From contig CM119270.1 in NCBI GenBank assembly GCA_051294375.1, forward strand, positions 2,557,484 through 2,621,483: DNA of 64,000 nucleotides, given 5' to 3'. Numbering within the stretch: the stretch's first letter is position 1; each line of letters begins with the position of its first letter. Under the pieces are notes generated by a model. That model worked only from the letters and a program-made list of their open reading frames with translations. It made no database searches and was not told where the DNA came from. This document shows positions 1 to 14,011 of this stretch, piece after piece. The stretch comes from Paraspadella gotoi. Lineage: Eukaryota > Animalia > Chaetognatha. The position numbers and the translations under genes are program-made.

Positions 1-869
1 AAAACAACAACGAGACACCGAAAGTTCGTCGTCCTTTTTTTTTCCCCCCTTCGTCCTTCTTTTCTTCCGCCTCTTTCATTGCGGGAAATGGACGCCTGAG
101 TCGGTCAGGTCGATCTCGTCTGGCTGAAAATTGAAGTTCCCGTTTGCAATAATTTTTTTACTTTAATAACTGTTGATTGATAATACATTTTGAATTGTGG
201 AATTTGGAATTCAGGCGTGAGCTGGGTTCCAATTAATTATTTATCTTTTCTTACGCTTTCTGTCGGTCTCCGGTACGGGGGTTGAGGTGTAGGTGGTTGG
301 GAGGTAATACACCTCCTCATACCGGAGTCGTCTTCTAAATCATCGGGGCGACCTTGCCGCCCTTCGTCGTCCTCTTCTTCGTCGTCATCTTGTCGTCGTC
401 GTATGGCTATGACCGATGCGGGGAATGCTCGTTCCCCGTCCATCCCCTCTGGTGCCGGCCGGCGGCGGTCCGTAGCTGCTGAAGCAGCTTCTGCGTTGGG
501 GGCCGCTTCTGTGGCGTTGTCGGCGGGCGTCCGTCGCTTCCGGGTGCGGCGTTTTCGGCCGGGAGCCGCTCTGCGCGTTTTCGGCGGCGTCCATGGCTTG
601 CCGTGCGGGCGTTGTGCGCCAGTGGCCCGATTCGCGGTTGGGCGGTGGCGGCGTTGTTTGGCGTTGTGCCGGCGTTCGGGGCACGACGGTGGATGGTGTG
701 ACGGCGGCGCCATCGACGGGTGCCGTCAACCCGGATTTCACGGAGTCCGACATGTTATAATAAGATTTCTTGGGGAATTTGAATTTTATCAAAAATATAT
801 ATGTCATAATTATCGACACATTCAAATAATTTTGATGACGTATATAAGAAAAACAACTTTTTTCCGATT

Positions 870-3800
870 AAAGCGAGGTGTCATTTGTTTTTAGTTTCTC
901 GTTCCGCCATTGGTCCCGCATTTTCTCGGAAATGCTCTTTCTCATCGCCTCCCGAGCCTCGTTTCAAACCTTCTTGCTTTCTCCGTAACTTTTCGAAATT
1001 ATTATTTGGTCTTTCTTTTCTTTCAGAGTCTGGTACTGTCGAATACCGTGTCCGGAATTCGACAGCCATTTTCTTACGTCCATGTTTTTTTCTCGACTTT
1101 TAAATGAGTGTTTATTTCGTTCATTATCGTGAACGGGTTCAACACAATTTTTCTGATTTCCAGTTAATTTATTCGTAAATGAGCTTTTTCAATATTTTTT
1201 ATGCTGTTGCATAATGTCCTTCGTTATTTTTGCAGAATGTTTTGCCTCCCGCTTTCTAAACGTCCGGGCCATTCACTCCCGGAAATTTATCTCCAGCGAT
1301 ATCGTTCGGATTCTTTCGTCGAGAGGTGAGCCCATGTATATAGTATTGTAGTATATTCCGACTCCATTCATTTCTGATTTGATTCCGTCTCTCCTTATTG
1401 ATCTTCTAGGGCTGTCCGGGTGCGTCCCTCGATGGGGCTCGACTTCTTTCTTGATTTGGCGAAATCCCTTCGTCTCGTCATCGGTAGAGTTTTATTTTTG
1501 TTTCGTTTTTTTGTTCGAGTAACATTTTTCTGGTAAATTAAACCAATTAAAAAAATACGCTTTTCCGCGTTACCAAGTTTTTGGACTGGTTCATGGTTTC
1601 TCTCATAAGATGTCCGGGTCTATTCTGGGTATTTCTTGCCCTTCGTATGATGTCTATTTTCTTTTTGAAAGGTCCAGACAAAAAAAATTTTTTTTTCTTG
1701 ATTCTTTTTTTTAAATCTGACTTCTTATCCATCAGTTCGTTATAATCTTTCTGTTTTCGAAGTCGCTTCTAGCTTTCTTTTTCTTTTTTATGTCTTGACC
1801 GTACTTTTTTCGATTGCTCCTTGGTGGAAGTGGGTAGGATGCGAAACATCCTCATAAGCGCTTCAACTGATTGGCGGCGTGCTGTCGACCTTTCAAGCAC
1901 CACTCCTTGTCCTCTCTGCGGAAATCAGCCTACTTTTTCTCTGAAATTAATTTAACGATCGATAAGTATTATTTTCTCACCATTGGTTTTTTCTTGATTT
2001 CTCATGATTTGATTCTTATTTCACTTTTCGAGTCTTTTGATTTTTTTGTTCTTACATTTGGTCATTTCTTTTTCTGTCCTCGCCCCAGGATTTTTCCGAT
2101 GTAATTTTTTGAAATGATACTTTTTCTCCTTCTCGTATTATTTTCCGTCCCCTCCGCCTTTCCTTTTCAGGCAGACTTTCTTTCTTCTCCCTTTCGCCCA
2201 TTCTCAGTGCTTCTCAGGATCGTTTCTTTCCTTTCTTCTTCCGTCGTCTTTTCCTTCTCTCTAGGTTCGACTTCCGTAGTATGAGTTTCTCGCGTCAACT
2301 TGATCCGATTTCCGTGTGCTCTCCGGTTTGTCCACATTTTCCTTGTCCTTGTCTCCCCATTTTTTTCATCCCCAATTCCGTTTCGTTTGTTTCGAAAATC
2401 CTTCGGGCTAAATCCATCTGGTTAACTCAATTAATCTTTTATTTAGCTTTTCGCTTGCCTTTAAATTAAATTTTTATTTTTGTTAGTCACGGCGAAATTC
2501 ACACAGAGGTTTTTCTACAGAATTTATCTTTCCCCGTGACCCGCTTTCGAGTCTTTCAAGTCCGTGCCTCCACTCCTCGAAGATCTTTCCGCTTTTTGAC
2601 AACCAATGATTTTTTTCTGAGTTCTTCTCTTGAAGGACGAACTGGAGAGAAGCTTATTCTTCGTCGCTTCCGATATCGTTGCGTCTTGAATCTTCTTCAG
2701 CTGTTTCTACGGTCTTGTTGCAACCAATTGTCCGAATCTTTCTTTGATTTCGATTAAAATTCGAAAGGAATTAGGTTCAAACATCGTTTTGAACATGACT
2801 TTGCGTTCTGTAGTCATTTTAAGCTGAAGCTAAAGTGGAAAAAATTTGTTCAACAGATCATGTTGGGTGTGAGTAATTGCTGAATGCCAAGAAAGGGGAA
2901 TTGGGTCAAACATTGGTTTTGAACGTGGCTCTGCGCGTATCATTTTAGGCTTGAAACTAAAAGGGGGAAAAAATTCGGTCCAATTCAAGATCATGTTTTT
3001 GTGGAGTAATTTGCTGAGCAGAAAAGTGAAAATGGGTCAACCATTGTTTTTGAACATGACTCTGGCCGCGGTGAGTCATTTTAGGCTGAAGCTAAAAGGG
3101 CAAATATTAGGTCAATCTTTCTTTCGTCTCTATTTTTAGTTTCAAACTTTTTCTCTTTGGAGAATTTAGTTTTCGTAGAATTTTCCTTTTTTTCGTTTCC
3201 ACCTTTCGCCATTTTCTTTCAGTTTCTTTCACCTTTCGTTTTTTGATTGTCGATTTGTTCATCTTCGTGAAATCGGGTTCTCTTTCCCATGGCCGATTGA
3301 GCTAAATCTCTGTTAAAATTTATCAACATTTATCTTAAAACAATGTATCGGGGTTCAACCAATTATTATTTATTGATTTCGTCACCAAATTTAATGATTT
3401 TTTGCTGTTTGAGTTTCTTGGATAAGTTTTTCTCTCATTGGTCTAGTTCAAACTGGACCAACGCGTTGTGATGGCCGACGAAACGTCTTTCGTCCGGGCG
3501 AGGCCGAAACGACTGGCTTCTCTCCTTGGTTGGGTCCATCGCCCTTCCAGGTTCCCGATTCATCGTCCTATTCCATGATCCACGTGGCCGCGCGACCGTT
3601 GGGGTTCGACGAGAAGGACAACTTGTCCTTCTTCCAACTTCTCCGTCGACGTCTCCCACTTCCGTTGGCGGTTCCTGTGAGTGATATTAATACTCAGTTA
3701 ACCATCTTTTCAGAAAGCGGTCGGCGATCTTCCCTCACTTGGTCTCCAAGAGGCTCTCATCACAGGTTCCCCTTTCTGATGCTGCGTAAGGTAAATATGG

Positions 3801-4980
3801 TATTAGGTTGTACGGAGTAAAGATAAGGAGCCCCTATCCCTCTCATAACATGTTTCATTCGGGCGCTCATGCCTCATTTCGGCTTCTCTAGGGACTCAGA
3901 TTGATTCCGAATCTCTATCGGGCTCGTCCTGTCTCCAATATACCTGCCCACTCATCGGCTCAAACGGCCCCCGCCCCCCGGTCGCCACTGGTCGATGTCT
4001 AGTTTTTTGCCCCGGCTCAAAGCTGGCTGCAGCGCATGGCCTCCTCTTCTCTTTTCTTCTCGTTTCTCTTGCACATTCCGTTCCCACGATCCTCCCCCCG
4101 TCCCCGCGCCGGGCGCTTTCGGCCCTCGCCCCCAACTCTCATGTTCTCCCTTCTTCCGCGCATGCTCTCTGTGACCCTTTTCGTTCTTTCTTCGAAGGCT
4201 TTTGGAGTTGGTCTTTCGATTTCGTTGGTGAGCTCCCGTCAGGGTTTTGCGGGTGCCCGTTGGTCGGACACTACGGGCCAATCCGTTTACAAGGCCCGCT
4301 GGGGCGCGACAGTTCCTTAACCCGCTATAAGTTGCCATTCAGCATCGACTTCTGTCGGACACTGTCTTTTAAACTATTTCGTAATTGACTTGCGTCTCGT
4401 TCGTCTCACCCGGCGGTTAATAACTACTCACCGTCTCTTTCTTTGTTTTAAGTCCCTCCGGCCGGCCGTGGCGTTTACCCCCTAGGAACGGTCCGAACGC
4501 CGCTCGAGTCCGCGGTTCACCCATCGAATCGGCATGCCTTGACTATACACTCTGAACGTCGTGCTCGCAGCTCGCCCCATCTTTCTGTGGCTTCGTCTGG
4601 ACTTGAATTCTCCTCTCTTGGCATTCGACCCCCCCCCGCCAGCGGCGGACGCTCTTCTCGACCCGCCCGGACCTCGGTCCCACTCAACGTCGAATCTTTG
4701 CCGTAGCACACACCGCGTGAACCGTTCCGCATGCTCCTCGTTCCTCTCTTTGCGGGTACTTTCCGTCCCCCCCACGCCTCAAGCTCATTGGCCCAAACGA
4801 TAAGTATCCGGCTCAAGCACCTGAACTTGCTGTCTTCCGGTCTGCCCTCTCACCTCGAGGCGGCCCCCCGATGCTATCCTCACCGTATTCTTTCCCCTTT
4901 CGTTTTTTGATCCTTTCCACCCTCGTGTCGCCGTCCGATCGGGCCGATCTTTCCTTTGGTCGTAAGCTCTCAGCCCAGCC
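870..4980 (-). mobile_element. Degenerate coding-like remnant, possibly a decayed non-LTR retrotransposon
   Basis: Strong strand skew (A/G-rich minus strand giving K/E/R-rich fragments), interrupted by stops and frameshifts. Fragments near 1230-1370 (IHGL...ECP...E..H) loosely resemble a LINE ORF2 C-terminal zinc knuckle. No RT catalytic motif found. Confidence 0.2.
2770..3115. repeat. ~130-bp tandem repeat, about 2.7 diverged copies
   Basis: Recurring ggtcaaacat..ttttgaacatgact...tcattttaggctgaagctaaa at ~2775, ~2903 and ~3035. Confidence 0.75.
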
Positions 4981-5189
4981 NNNNNNNNNNNNNNNNNNNN
5001 NNNNNCTCTGCTCTCTCTCTCTCCTCTCTCCTCCTCTTCTCTCTCTCTTCTCTCTCTCTATTTCAAATATTCTCCTTTCACTCTCTTCCCCATCAGCCAA
5101 ATAAGATAAAAAACGAACATTAATAAAAACAAAAAAAGATAATAATATAACGCCAGTAAAAATATTGACAGGCAAGACTCATTTGCCTG

Positions 5190-6022
5190 TATCTCCCTTT
5201 TCTTTCCTTTTCCTCCGCCACCCGCCTGACTCTTTTCTCCCTCCCTCCCTTTCCCTTCGTTTTCCTATTACTCCCCTCGTCCCCTTGACTCTTTCCCCCT
5301 GTCCACTCCTTTCCCCTTACCCCTTTCTTTCCCTTTCCTCCCCTCCCATTGACTGCTTTTCTCCCTCCCCCCCTTTCGCCTGTTTTCTTTCCTTTCTTTC
5401 CCCTCCCCTTGATTCTTTCCTCCCTCCACCCACTTTTCCCTTTCCCTTCTCCGTTCCTATTTCCTTCTCCTCCCCTTGAACTCTTTCTTCCCTCCCCCCC
5501 TTCCCTTTTTCTTTCCTTTCTTCCCTTATTCCTTGCACTCTTTTCCTCCCTCCACCCTTTCCCCTTTTCTTCCTTTCCTCCCCACGCCTTGGACTCTCGC
5601 GTCTTATACCTCGGTTCATGCCCTCCACCCCTTTCCCCTTTGGTTTTTCCTTTTTACCCCCACCCTTGGACTCTTTCCTCCTCCACCCTTTCCCCTTTTC
5701 CCTCTTCTCTTTCCTCTTCCTCTCCTCCCCTTGACACTTTTCTCCCTCCCCCACTCCCCTATTTTCTTTCCTTTCTTCCCCTCCCTCTGACTCTTTCCTT
5801 CCCTCCACCCTTTCCCCTTTTCTTTTCCTTTTCCTCTCCTCCCTGACTTTTTCTCCCTCCCCCCTTTCCCCTTTTTCTTTCCTTTCCTTCTTCCTCCCCT
5901 TGACTCTTTCCTCCCTCCACCCCTTTCCCCTTTCTTTCTTTCCTACCCTGCCTCTCCCTTACCTCTTCCCTGTCCTCCTTTCCCCCCTTCCCCTTTTCTT
6001 TCCTTTCCTCCCCTTCCCCTCC
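5190..6022. repeat. Polypyrimidine minisatellite (~45-bp unit)
   Basis: Repeated ccttgactctttcctccctccacc(c)tttccccttttctttcctttc units. Confidence 0.85.
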
Positions 6023-7500
6023 CCCGGCGCTCCCGGCCCCATGGCGTTACATGGCGTGGATTGATTAGACCCCGCAATATATACTATCCCCATGGGGTTG
6101 GCCCATATCACGACGAGGGTTCAAGGGAATTCCCCGACGCCTCTGCGACTTACGCGGTTTTGTAGCGAAGGAAAAGAGGGGAGGAAGGGAGGAAAGGAGG
6201 AGGAAGAAAAGAAAGGAAAGGAGGAAGGAAAGGGAGGAAAGAAAAAAAGGGAGGGAAAAAAGGAGAAGGAAGAAAGAGAACAGAAAAAAAAGTGTAGGAG
6301 ATAAAAAAAGGGATGGATGGATTTGCAAATTCACTTCAGTCACGTCAAGTTTTAATTTATAACATTAAATATCGAAAGTTTTAATTTTTTTTAAAAACCA
6401 AAGTTTTGTTCTTTTTTTAAGTTCAAATCGCAGATGGAAGCGAAATTTTCATTTCAACTTTATTCAAAAGTTGGCAACTTTTTATTTAGTGACTTCTACT
6501 AGATCTCGGTTAATCAAAATGAAAATATTTAAAAAAACATGTGCGGTGCCCCAAACCAATACTAATACTAATACTAATACTAATACTAATNNNNNNNNNN
6601 NNNNNNNNNNNNNNNNNNNNNNNNNNNNNNNNNNNNNNNNNNNNNNNNNNNNNNNNNNNNNNNNNNNNNNNNNNNNNNNNNNNNNNNNNNNNNNNNNNNN
6701 NNNNNNNNNNNNNNNNNNNNNNNNNNNNNNNNNNNNNNNNNNNNNNNNNNNNNNNNNNNNNNNNNNNNNNNNNNNNNNNNNNTCCCGAAATGATTCGTCC
6801 CAAAATCGGGAAAAAATGTTTTCTCGTCTCGCGGAAATCACAACCTGAGAAGACGACGTCGTTGTTGTCGTTGTTGTTGTCGTGGTCGTTGTTGTTGTCG
6901 TTTTTTTTTCGCTGTCCTTATTAGTTAGTAGTCGCCACTAACATTATGATATTTGTTTTATTGTTCAGTCGATTTTATCTTATTTCTTTTTCTCATTCCG
7001 TTGTCATCTATCGTGTTATTATTTTCGCGAGAATTGTTTAAAACTCGAATCCAGTCTTAATCAGAATTATTTATTATTTTCATTGTCTAAATTCCCAAAT
7101 TCCTTTTCATAATCTCCCCCCCTTTCTTTTCATCTCGTCTTCTTCTCCCTCCTTCCCTCTCTCCCCATTTGCATTGGCCTTCTCGATTGAAGATGCCCCA
7201 CGGCTGCAATGAGGCAACCCATATCGCGACTGTCACCATGGAATCGTTGCCTTCGTCGTCGTCATCGTCGTCATCATCATCATCGTCGTCAACCCCCCCC
7301 CTCTCTCTCTCTCCCTCTCTCTCTCTCTCTATCCTCTCCCCAAACGCCCGCAAGGGAGTGAGAGATGTTATCTCTGTGAACGTAAACCGTTTTTTCAGGC
7401 CGAGAGTCGAAACTCCTTATTCACAAATCGGGCAGCCTTCACGCAATTCACAATTCGAGCTTGGTTTTTTTTTTCACTTTGGTGGCTGTTTTCACGTTCG

Positions 7501-7510
7501 GCGCATGCGC
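7501..7510. promoter_or_regulatory. NRF1-type palindrome GCGCATGCGC in a CpG-rich patch
   Basis: Exact GCGCATGCGC; a possible ATGGAG|GTGAG donor follows at ~7667-7677. Motif match only. Confidence 0.3.
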
Positions 7511-8808
7511 GGGGTTGTTTTTTTTCGCGCAATAGAAGTTTCGTGCATTGTCTCATTTGCACATGAGTTTTTTTTTTTTCTGCGCGGTCGGATCGTTGAC
7601 TGAGAGTTGCAACCGACTTTTTGTGTGAGGGTTTTAGATTTAAATTATTGTTGGAAACAAAAAGATATGGAGGTGAGAAAATTACTCAGTTCTGATTGTT
7701 CATACTACAGAGAGTTTAGATGAAATGCTTGCAGGATCCTGCTAGGTTATCTTGTATGAAGGACTTGACTGACTTTGACTGTCTACAGTCCGAGGCATGA
7801 TAGCTTTTTCACTAATTTAGTGAATGAATAAACCGGTCTTATTTTGGTTTTACCAATTTCATAATAAGTTAGCAAATCAGTTTGATTTAATGGTTCTTGC
7901 TAACTGAGTAGTTTTTTTTTCTACTGATTAGTTCATCGCGTGAATAATATCGGTGTTTGATTGGTCTGCTTGACAGATTGATTGGCTGATATGATATCCG
8001 CTCTGATCGAACGATCCATTTCTCACGCGAGTTCGATGCGCGATTAGATCCTAATCTTTTTCTATGAAGATTCAGTCTTCCCATGAGTCTCGTTGTTGTA
8101 GTTGTCGTCGTCGTCTTCGTCGTCAAATCTGGATTTCCGGTTGTAATTCAAAACTGACGACAGGATTAAAAGATTTTAGTGGGAAAGATGAATACAGTAA
8201 ATCGGGGATTTTCGTGCGACCGAGAATTTTTCTTGGGGGGGAGGGGAATGTGAATTTTACTGTGAGATTTCACTCTATGTGTGAAAAAAGCGGATCACAA
8301 AAGTGTCCATGGATACATAGATTCGTACTCGTTAAATATAATTCGAGACATTATTTTCTTAATTTTTTAATCAAGATCTTTTGTTTTTGTTGAATTTTAA
8401 TAATGTAGTTTTTACTTGTTTACCTTTTTCTAGTCTTTTACACTGTGACTGTTTCTGATTTTGTCAATACTGTTTTTAGAATTAATAAAATTTAATAAAA
8501 TTCTGTTGCCGTGACTGTTACTGTTACTGTTTTTTAATTACGTTAATATCCTTTTTGTTATTAATAAAAAAAATAGGCAAAATTATAACTGCTGCAATTC
8601 AAAATTTTTAAGAAATACGATAGAAAATTTAATTAAACCTGCGTAATCTTCCTAATTAAATTTTTTGACGTTAACAACAAATTTGTAATAAAAAATTATC
8701 TCTTGATTTTTTTAAAAAATTGTTTGATCAATTTTATTCATTTTTTTCCCTTCATTGTTCAGTTTCAGACGTTTGGTTCTTCGCGCGTCCTGACAGCCGT
8801 CCCGACCT

Positions 8809-8849
<41 letters not shown>

Positions 8850-8996
8850 CTCCCGCCAATCGGCGTTGTCATGGCATTTTGAACGCGGACAAAGCCGAAA
8901 CCCCTCGAGTCAATCAACGCCTTTTCGTCCCGCATTTCGGGGCTCACGGCGAATCTTTCTTTTTCTTTTCTCTCTTTCTTTCTTTCTTTCTTTCTT

Positions 8997-9029
<33 letters not shown>

Positions 9030-9817
9030 ATTTATTGCTTTCTTTTCTTCTTTTTTCTTTCTTTCTTTCTTCTTATTTATTGCTTTCTTTCTTTCTTTAT
9101 TTCTTTCTTCTTTTTCTCTTCATTTATTGCTTTCTTTCTTTCTTTTCTCACTTCTTTCTTTATTTTCTTTCTTTCTTTCTTTTCTTTCTTTCTTTCTTTC
9201 TTTCTTTTTCTTTTTTTTAATTTTTATTGCTTTTTTAATTTTTGTCTTTCCTTTAGGTTCCTTTGCTATTGGAAAAAAACTTCATCTGATATTATTTTTT
9301 TTTTTTGACATTGTTTCTTTGTACTAAATAATTTTTTCGAGCATATTAAATCTAATCTAAAATCTCTCATTTACTTCTTTTCACTCAATTACTTTTTTTT
9401 TCTATATTTCTTTTACATTTATTTATTCTTCTTTCTTTCTTTTTTTTTACCAACATTTCTTTCTCGAATATTTCTTTCATTCTTTCTATCTTCCATATCC
9501 TTGTCTTTCTATCTCTTTCTATCTTCCATATCCTTGTCTTTCTATCTCTTTCTATCTCTTTCCATCATTAGCATTTCATCTTCGTATCTTCCAAATTTCT
9601 ACCGAGATTCCATGTTTTTCATTCACCGGCGACAAAACCATTTAGTCTATTCGACCCATTTTTGTTGTGATGGGGGTGAGGGGGTGACAAAGAGGGTGGT
9701 GGANNNNNNNNNNNNNNNNNNNNNNNNNNNNNNNNNNNNNNNNNNNNNNNNNNNNNNNNNNNNNNNNNNNNNNNNNNNNNNNNNNNNNNNNNNNNNNNNN
9801 NNNCACTTTGTGAAAAA

Positions 9818-10151
9818 GACCCCAAAGCGCTTAACGTTACTCTCGATGTGTGAGGCTTTCTTGGATTTGGACATATGAAAATTGAAATGACATTGCAATG
9901 TATTAGATTGCAGATAGCAAATTTTATGTACAGAGATTGCAGTGACTGAAATTTGTGAAACTTGTGAAGATTGTGGTCTTTTACTTGAGACGCTGACATT
10001 CATTTTTAAGTTTAACATACACACATTTTTTCTTACATCGCAAAGTCGACAGCGACCGACAAAAGCCACCGACGCCAGCGACCGACACTTACGTAAATGA
10101 GCCGACTGGAATTCGGCGTCCAACGTGGCGGTAGGCGAATGGAGGGTGGCG
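9818..10151 (+). repeat. Copy 1 of a ~330-bp segment repeated at 12936-13400
   Basis: gacccaaagcgcttaacgttactctcg...cacacattttttcttac...caacgtggcgg aligns to 12936-13400. Confidence 0.8.
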
Positions 10152-10758
10152 NNNNNNNNNNNNNNNNNNNNNNNNNAGCGACAAAGACCAGAAGCGGAGC
10201 TGCGGAGATGGCGAGACAGGAATTGTGGAAAAAGAAGGTGGGGAGAAAGAAAGAGAGGGACCAAGGTATAAGGACGAAATGGAACTATAGGGAAAGAGGC
10301 GGGGGAATTAATTAGAAAAAGGAAGGAAGACCGGGGAAGGAGAGCAGAGGGTAAGGAAGAGGGGATATGATACTTAAATAGAGTAGAATAAGGATATGGA
10401 AGATAAGAAGCGTAAGTAGCACAGAGATATAAAGCAAGGAGAAAAAAGGAAAAAGAGATGGTAATGTGTGAAAAAAAGAAAGAAGATGAAAAGAGAATAT
10501 TAGAGGGGACACGTGAATGGGAAGGACGTAAGGCGGGAAGGGGACTAGTATATCACAAACAGTAGTGGGGGGAAACCTATAGTGCAGTGGAAGGCAGCCC
10601 GAGGAACCTCCTAATGATAAGCTTAATATTTTAAAAAACAACATAATATCAATTATCGTCACTCCGGAAATTCTTTGTTTATTTTTTATAAAATTTCCTC
10701 AGGTAGACTCGTGGATTAACTTTCATTACTTTCGCGTTTCTTTTACTTTGGTCGTTAC

Positions 10759-10762
<4 letters not shown>

Positions 10763-10815
<53 letters not shown>

Positions 10816-10853
10816 AAAAAAAAAAAAAAAAAAAAAATTAAAAAAAAAAAAAA

Positions 10854-10892
<39 letters not shown>
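10763..10892 (+). repeat. Poly(A) tract (~130 nt)
   Basis: Directly visible, nearly pure A run. Confidence 0.95.
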
Positions 10893-10894
<2 letters not shown>

Positions 10895-12935
10895 AAACCA
10901 ACACAATAAAACATAGAGTATATGGATCGCGATCAAACTTTAAAAAAAAAAAAAACCCAAAAGAGATTCATCTATTTTTTATTATTTTCTTTGTAGAGAT
11001 CACCATCTTAATTTGTGATTATTAAAAAATCTTTTAAATTATATTTAAAGTCCCCTGTTAAAGAACAACAAGACTATTCGAATAGCCAAAAGACACAGAG
11101 GCCCTCCCTTTCTCCTTTTTCCAACCGCGCCTCTCACTCTGTGTGGAAACGAAAAAAAATAGATCTTTTGGCGAGAGTTTTCACCACACGCTCTTCACAG
11201 TCCTCACACATCGGGTCCCTCCCTTTCATCTCTACCGGTCATTCTTCACCCAAAATCGTTCGTAACTCGCGTTCATTTCGAGCTGGGCCGTACGTCACCC
11301 CATTGAATTCCCTTTTCAATTTTCACCAGACCCAAGATAACGTTTCGTCGTCGTTCGTCGTACGTCGTCCGTCGTCCGTCGTCCGTCCGTCGAATGCCTG
11401 GAATCTGAAACACGGTCTAAGATCACGAGTGACGCCTTTACTTGTCGGTATGCTCCCGATCGCCCAAATTGCGCCGACGCAATGTGCTTGCGCTGCCGAC
11501 CTCGCAAAGCAATGCCGGGAACGCCAATGCCGCCGCAATGTTGCTACAATGCACCACGCAATTCAATTCTTCGATATGCCGGCCGACGCAAATTTCTCAC
11601 ACGCAAAGCTGACCGCAAGACACAAACAACACAGAAAACAAGTTTCAGAGAAAACGTAACCAAAGCGGGCGGCATACCGGACAAATGCCGACAGCCCCGC
11701 CCCCACGCAAATGTTGTTTCGACACCTGACGCAAAGCCCCGACCGCAATGCCGACCCAAATGCCAAGTCGCTTGGACCGGGATATTCATTGAGCGCGCCC
11801 GTGGATTTACCTAGCGGCACACAATTCTAAATCGTTTTGATAAGTGTAAAAATTAGGGAAAATAATTCCAAAGATGCTTTCAAAATTAGGATATTGTTTT
11901 TTAAACTCTTTTTCCCCTAACAATTTAATATTTTGTTAGAACAAGAAGGAATTTGCCGAAATAGTATGATCATAAGGTTTTCCTTGTTTCGCCTTACCCT
12001 CTCACTCACCCTCTTCTCTCCTTCCTTCACCCAGCAATCCCTCTACCCCGCCAGTAAACGTTTTATCTCATATCAAATTGAAGCTGACGCACATATGCCA
12101 CTCAACTCACAGGGAGTGGAATACCTAATTCCACCAAAATTATCGGAGCCTTTTTATGACACCAATTAAAACAAACAGAGTGAAAATCTTCTTATGTAAC
12201 TTTGACAACCCACTCGTCACCCTACTCTCCTCGTCTTCATTTTTACCGCGATCCCTCCACGGGTAGATCTCCCACTCACCCCACGCTCACTTCCATCATC
12301 ACTCTCTCTACCTCTCTCTCTCTTCTCTCTCTCTCTCTTCTCTCTCTCTCATCTCATCTCTCTCCCTCTCCTCTCTCTCTCTCCTCATTCACTCTCCTCT
12401 CTCTCTCTCTCTCTTTCACTTCCCTCCTCTCTCGTCTCTCTCGGTTCCTCTCTTCCTCTCTTTCTCCCTCTACATCTCAGTCTCCCTCTCTCTCTCTCTC
12501 TCTCTATCTCACTATCTCTCCTCTCTCTTTCTTCCTCCCTCTCTCTCGCTCTCTCATGTCTCTTTATCTCTCTCTCTCTCATCTCTCTCTCTCTCTCTCT
12601 CTCTCTCCTTCTCTCTACTCTCTCTCTCTCTCCTCTCTCTCCTCCCTCTCTCTCTTCTCTTTCTTCATCTACTCTCTCTTCCCCCCCCCTCTACCCTCTC
12701 CCTTCCACGTCCACAAAATCCACCGCCCTGTTTTTAGGTCCGTGCCGCGCCATCGCTGCTGACCCCGAAAGCGCAGGAAGGGCTGAAGAGCGGGAAAATT
12801 GCCGTAGTTTTTATACATTCTCCGCAATGAAAAAAAGAAAGCAGAAGGTGGGTGCAAAATAATAAGGCGGAAGTATTTGTGAGGGCGGCGCGATCGCCGG
12901 GAAGCACTCGCCCGTCACTTTAGTTCGAAAAACAG

Positions 12936-13400
12936 ACCCAAAGCGCTCTAACGTTTACTCTCGCCATTGTGCTGCCAGGCTCTTCTTGTGATTTGCCGAC
13001 ATCATGAAAATTCTGAAATGAACATTTGACAAATGTCATTAGATTGCAGATTTACGATAAGCCAAATTTTATGATTTATCAGATGATTGCCACGTGACTT
13101 TGAAATATTCGTATGAAACTTGTGCAAGCAAGATTGTGCGTCTTTTACCGCTGAGATCGCTGACATTCATTTTATTTTTTTAATAAACTCCATTTTAAGA
13201 CACTACACACATTTTTTCTTACCCCATCGCAAAAAGGTCGCACAATAGCGCACCGACAAAAGCAACTACGCCTCACGCGACGACCTGACACTCTACCTGT
13301 CGTCATAAAATTGAGCACCGACACACCTTCTTGGACAATTCGAGACGTCACCAACAAACGTGGACCGCGGTACAGCGCCGAAATGGCAGATCGGCGTGCG
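12936..13400 (+). repeat. Copy 2 of the 9818-10151 segment, carrying many single-base insertions
   Basis: Same sequence order as copy 1 but expanded by scattered 1-2 nt insertions. Confidence 0.75.
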
Positions 13401-14011
13401 CGGGGTGCGTCGCCTGATCAGATGGCGGTTGTTTGGCGGGTGGCGGAGCGGATGGCCGCGTGTGGCTGGTGGGCGGCGTTCGGACGGGGTTTCTCATGGC
13501 GCCGATTTTTTATAGCATGGTCCGCCATCTCGCCGATTCGACCATGTAACCCGATCCGTTTTCCTTCCCCTTCCGGTCCCCACCGTTTACCTTCTTACCA
13601 ATTCCACCGCAATGCTCTGTCCGGAAATTCAGATCTTCGCCAGTCGCGGTTAAGTAATCTAGAAAACGCGCTCTAAACGAAGAAGCCTCGGAGGTAGAGA
13701 TGCAGAGAGAGCGATAGACGCGGCAGCGGTGAGGAAGAGAGAGCAGCAGAGATGCAGAGAGAGAGCAGACGAGAAGAGATCGAGGAAGACAGACGAGACG
13801 GAGAGCATGAAGGACAGAGAAGCGAAAGGAAACGACTACGAGAACAGTAGAGCTTTTGAGAACGAAAACAATGTCGAGTGAACATTCATTATTTTTAACG
13901 TTAACTTTATTCTGACAAATTATAAAACCGACAAACCAAGTATCACACAAATAGCCACGTTATTATTAACGAACTTATTAACGAACACGAACTGTAATAA
14001 ACTGTAAAAAA

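Noticed and set aside
237-894. Overlapping GC-rich ORFs on both strands
   Set aside because: Low-complexity Arg/Ala/Pro translations with no recognisable domain.
5165-6343. F/L/S/P-rich and R/E/K/G-rich ORFs here and at similar tracts (8.7-9.3, 12.2-12.8, 33.9-34.7, 57.7-58.2, 59.7-60.5 kb)
   Set aside because: Translations of purine/pyrimidine simple repeats that lack stop codons.
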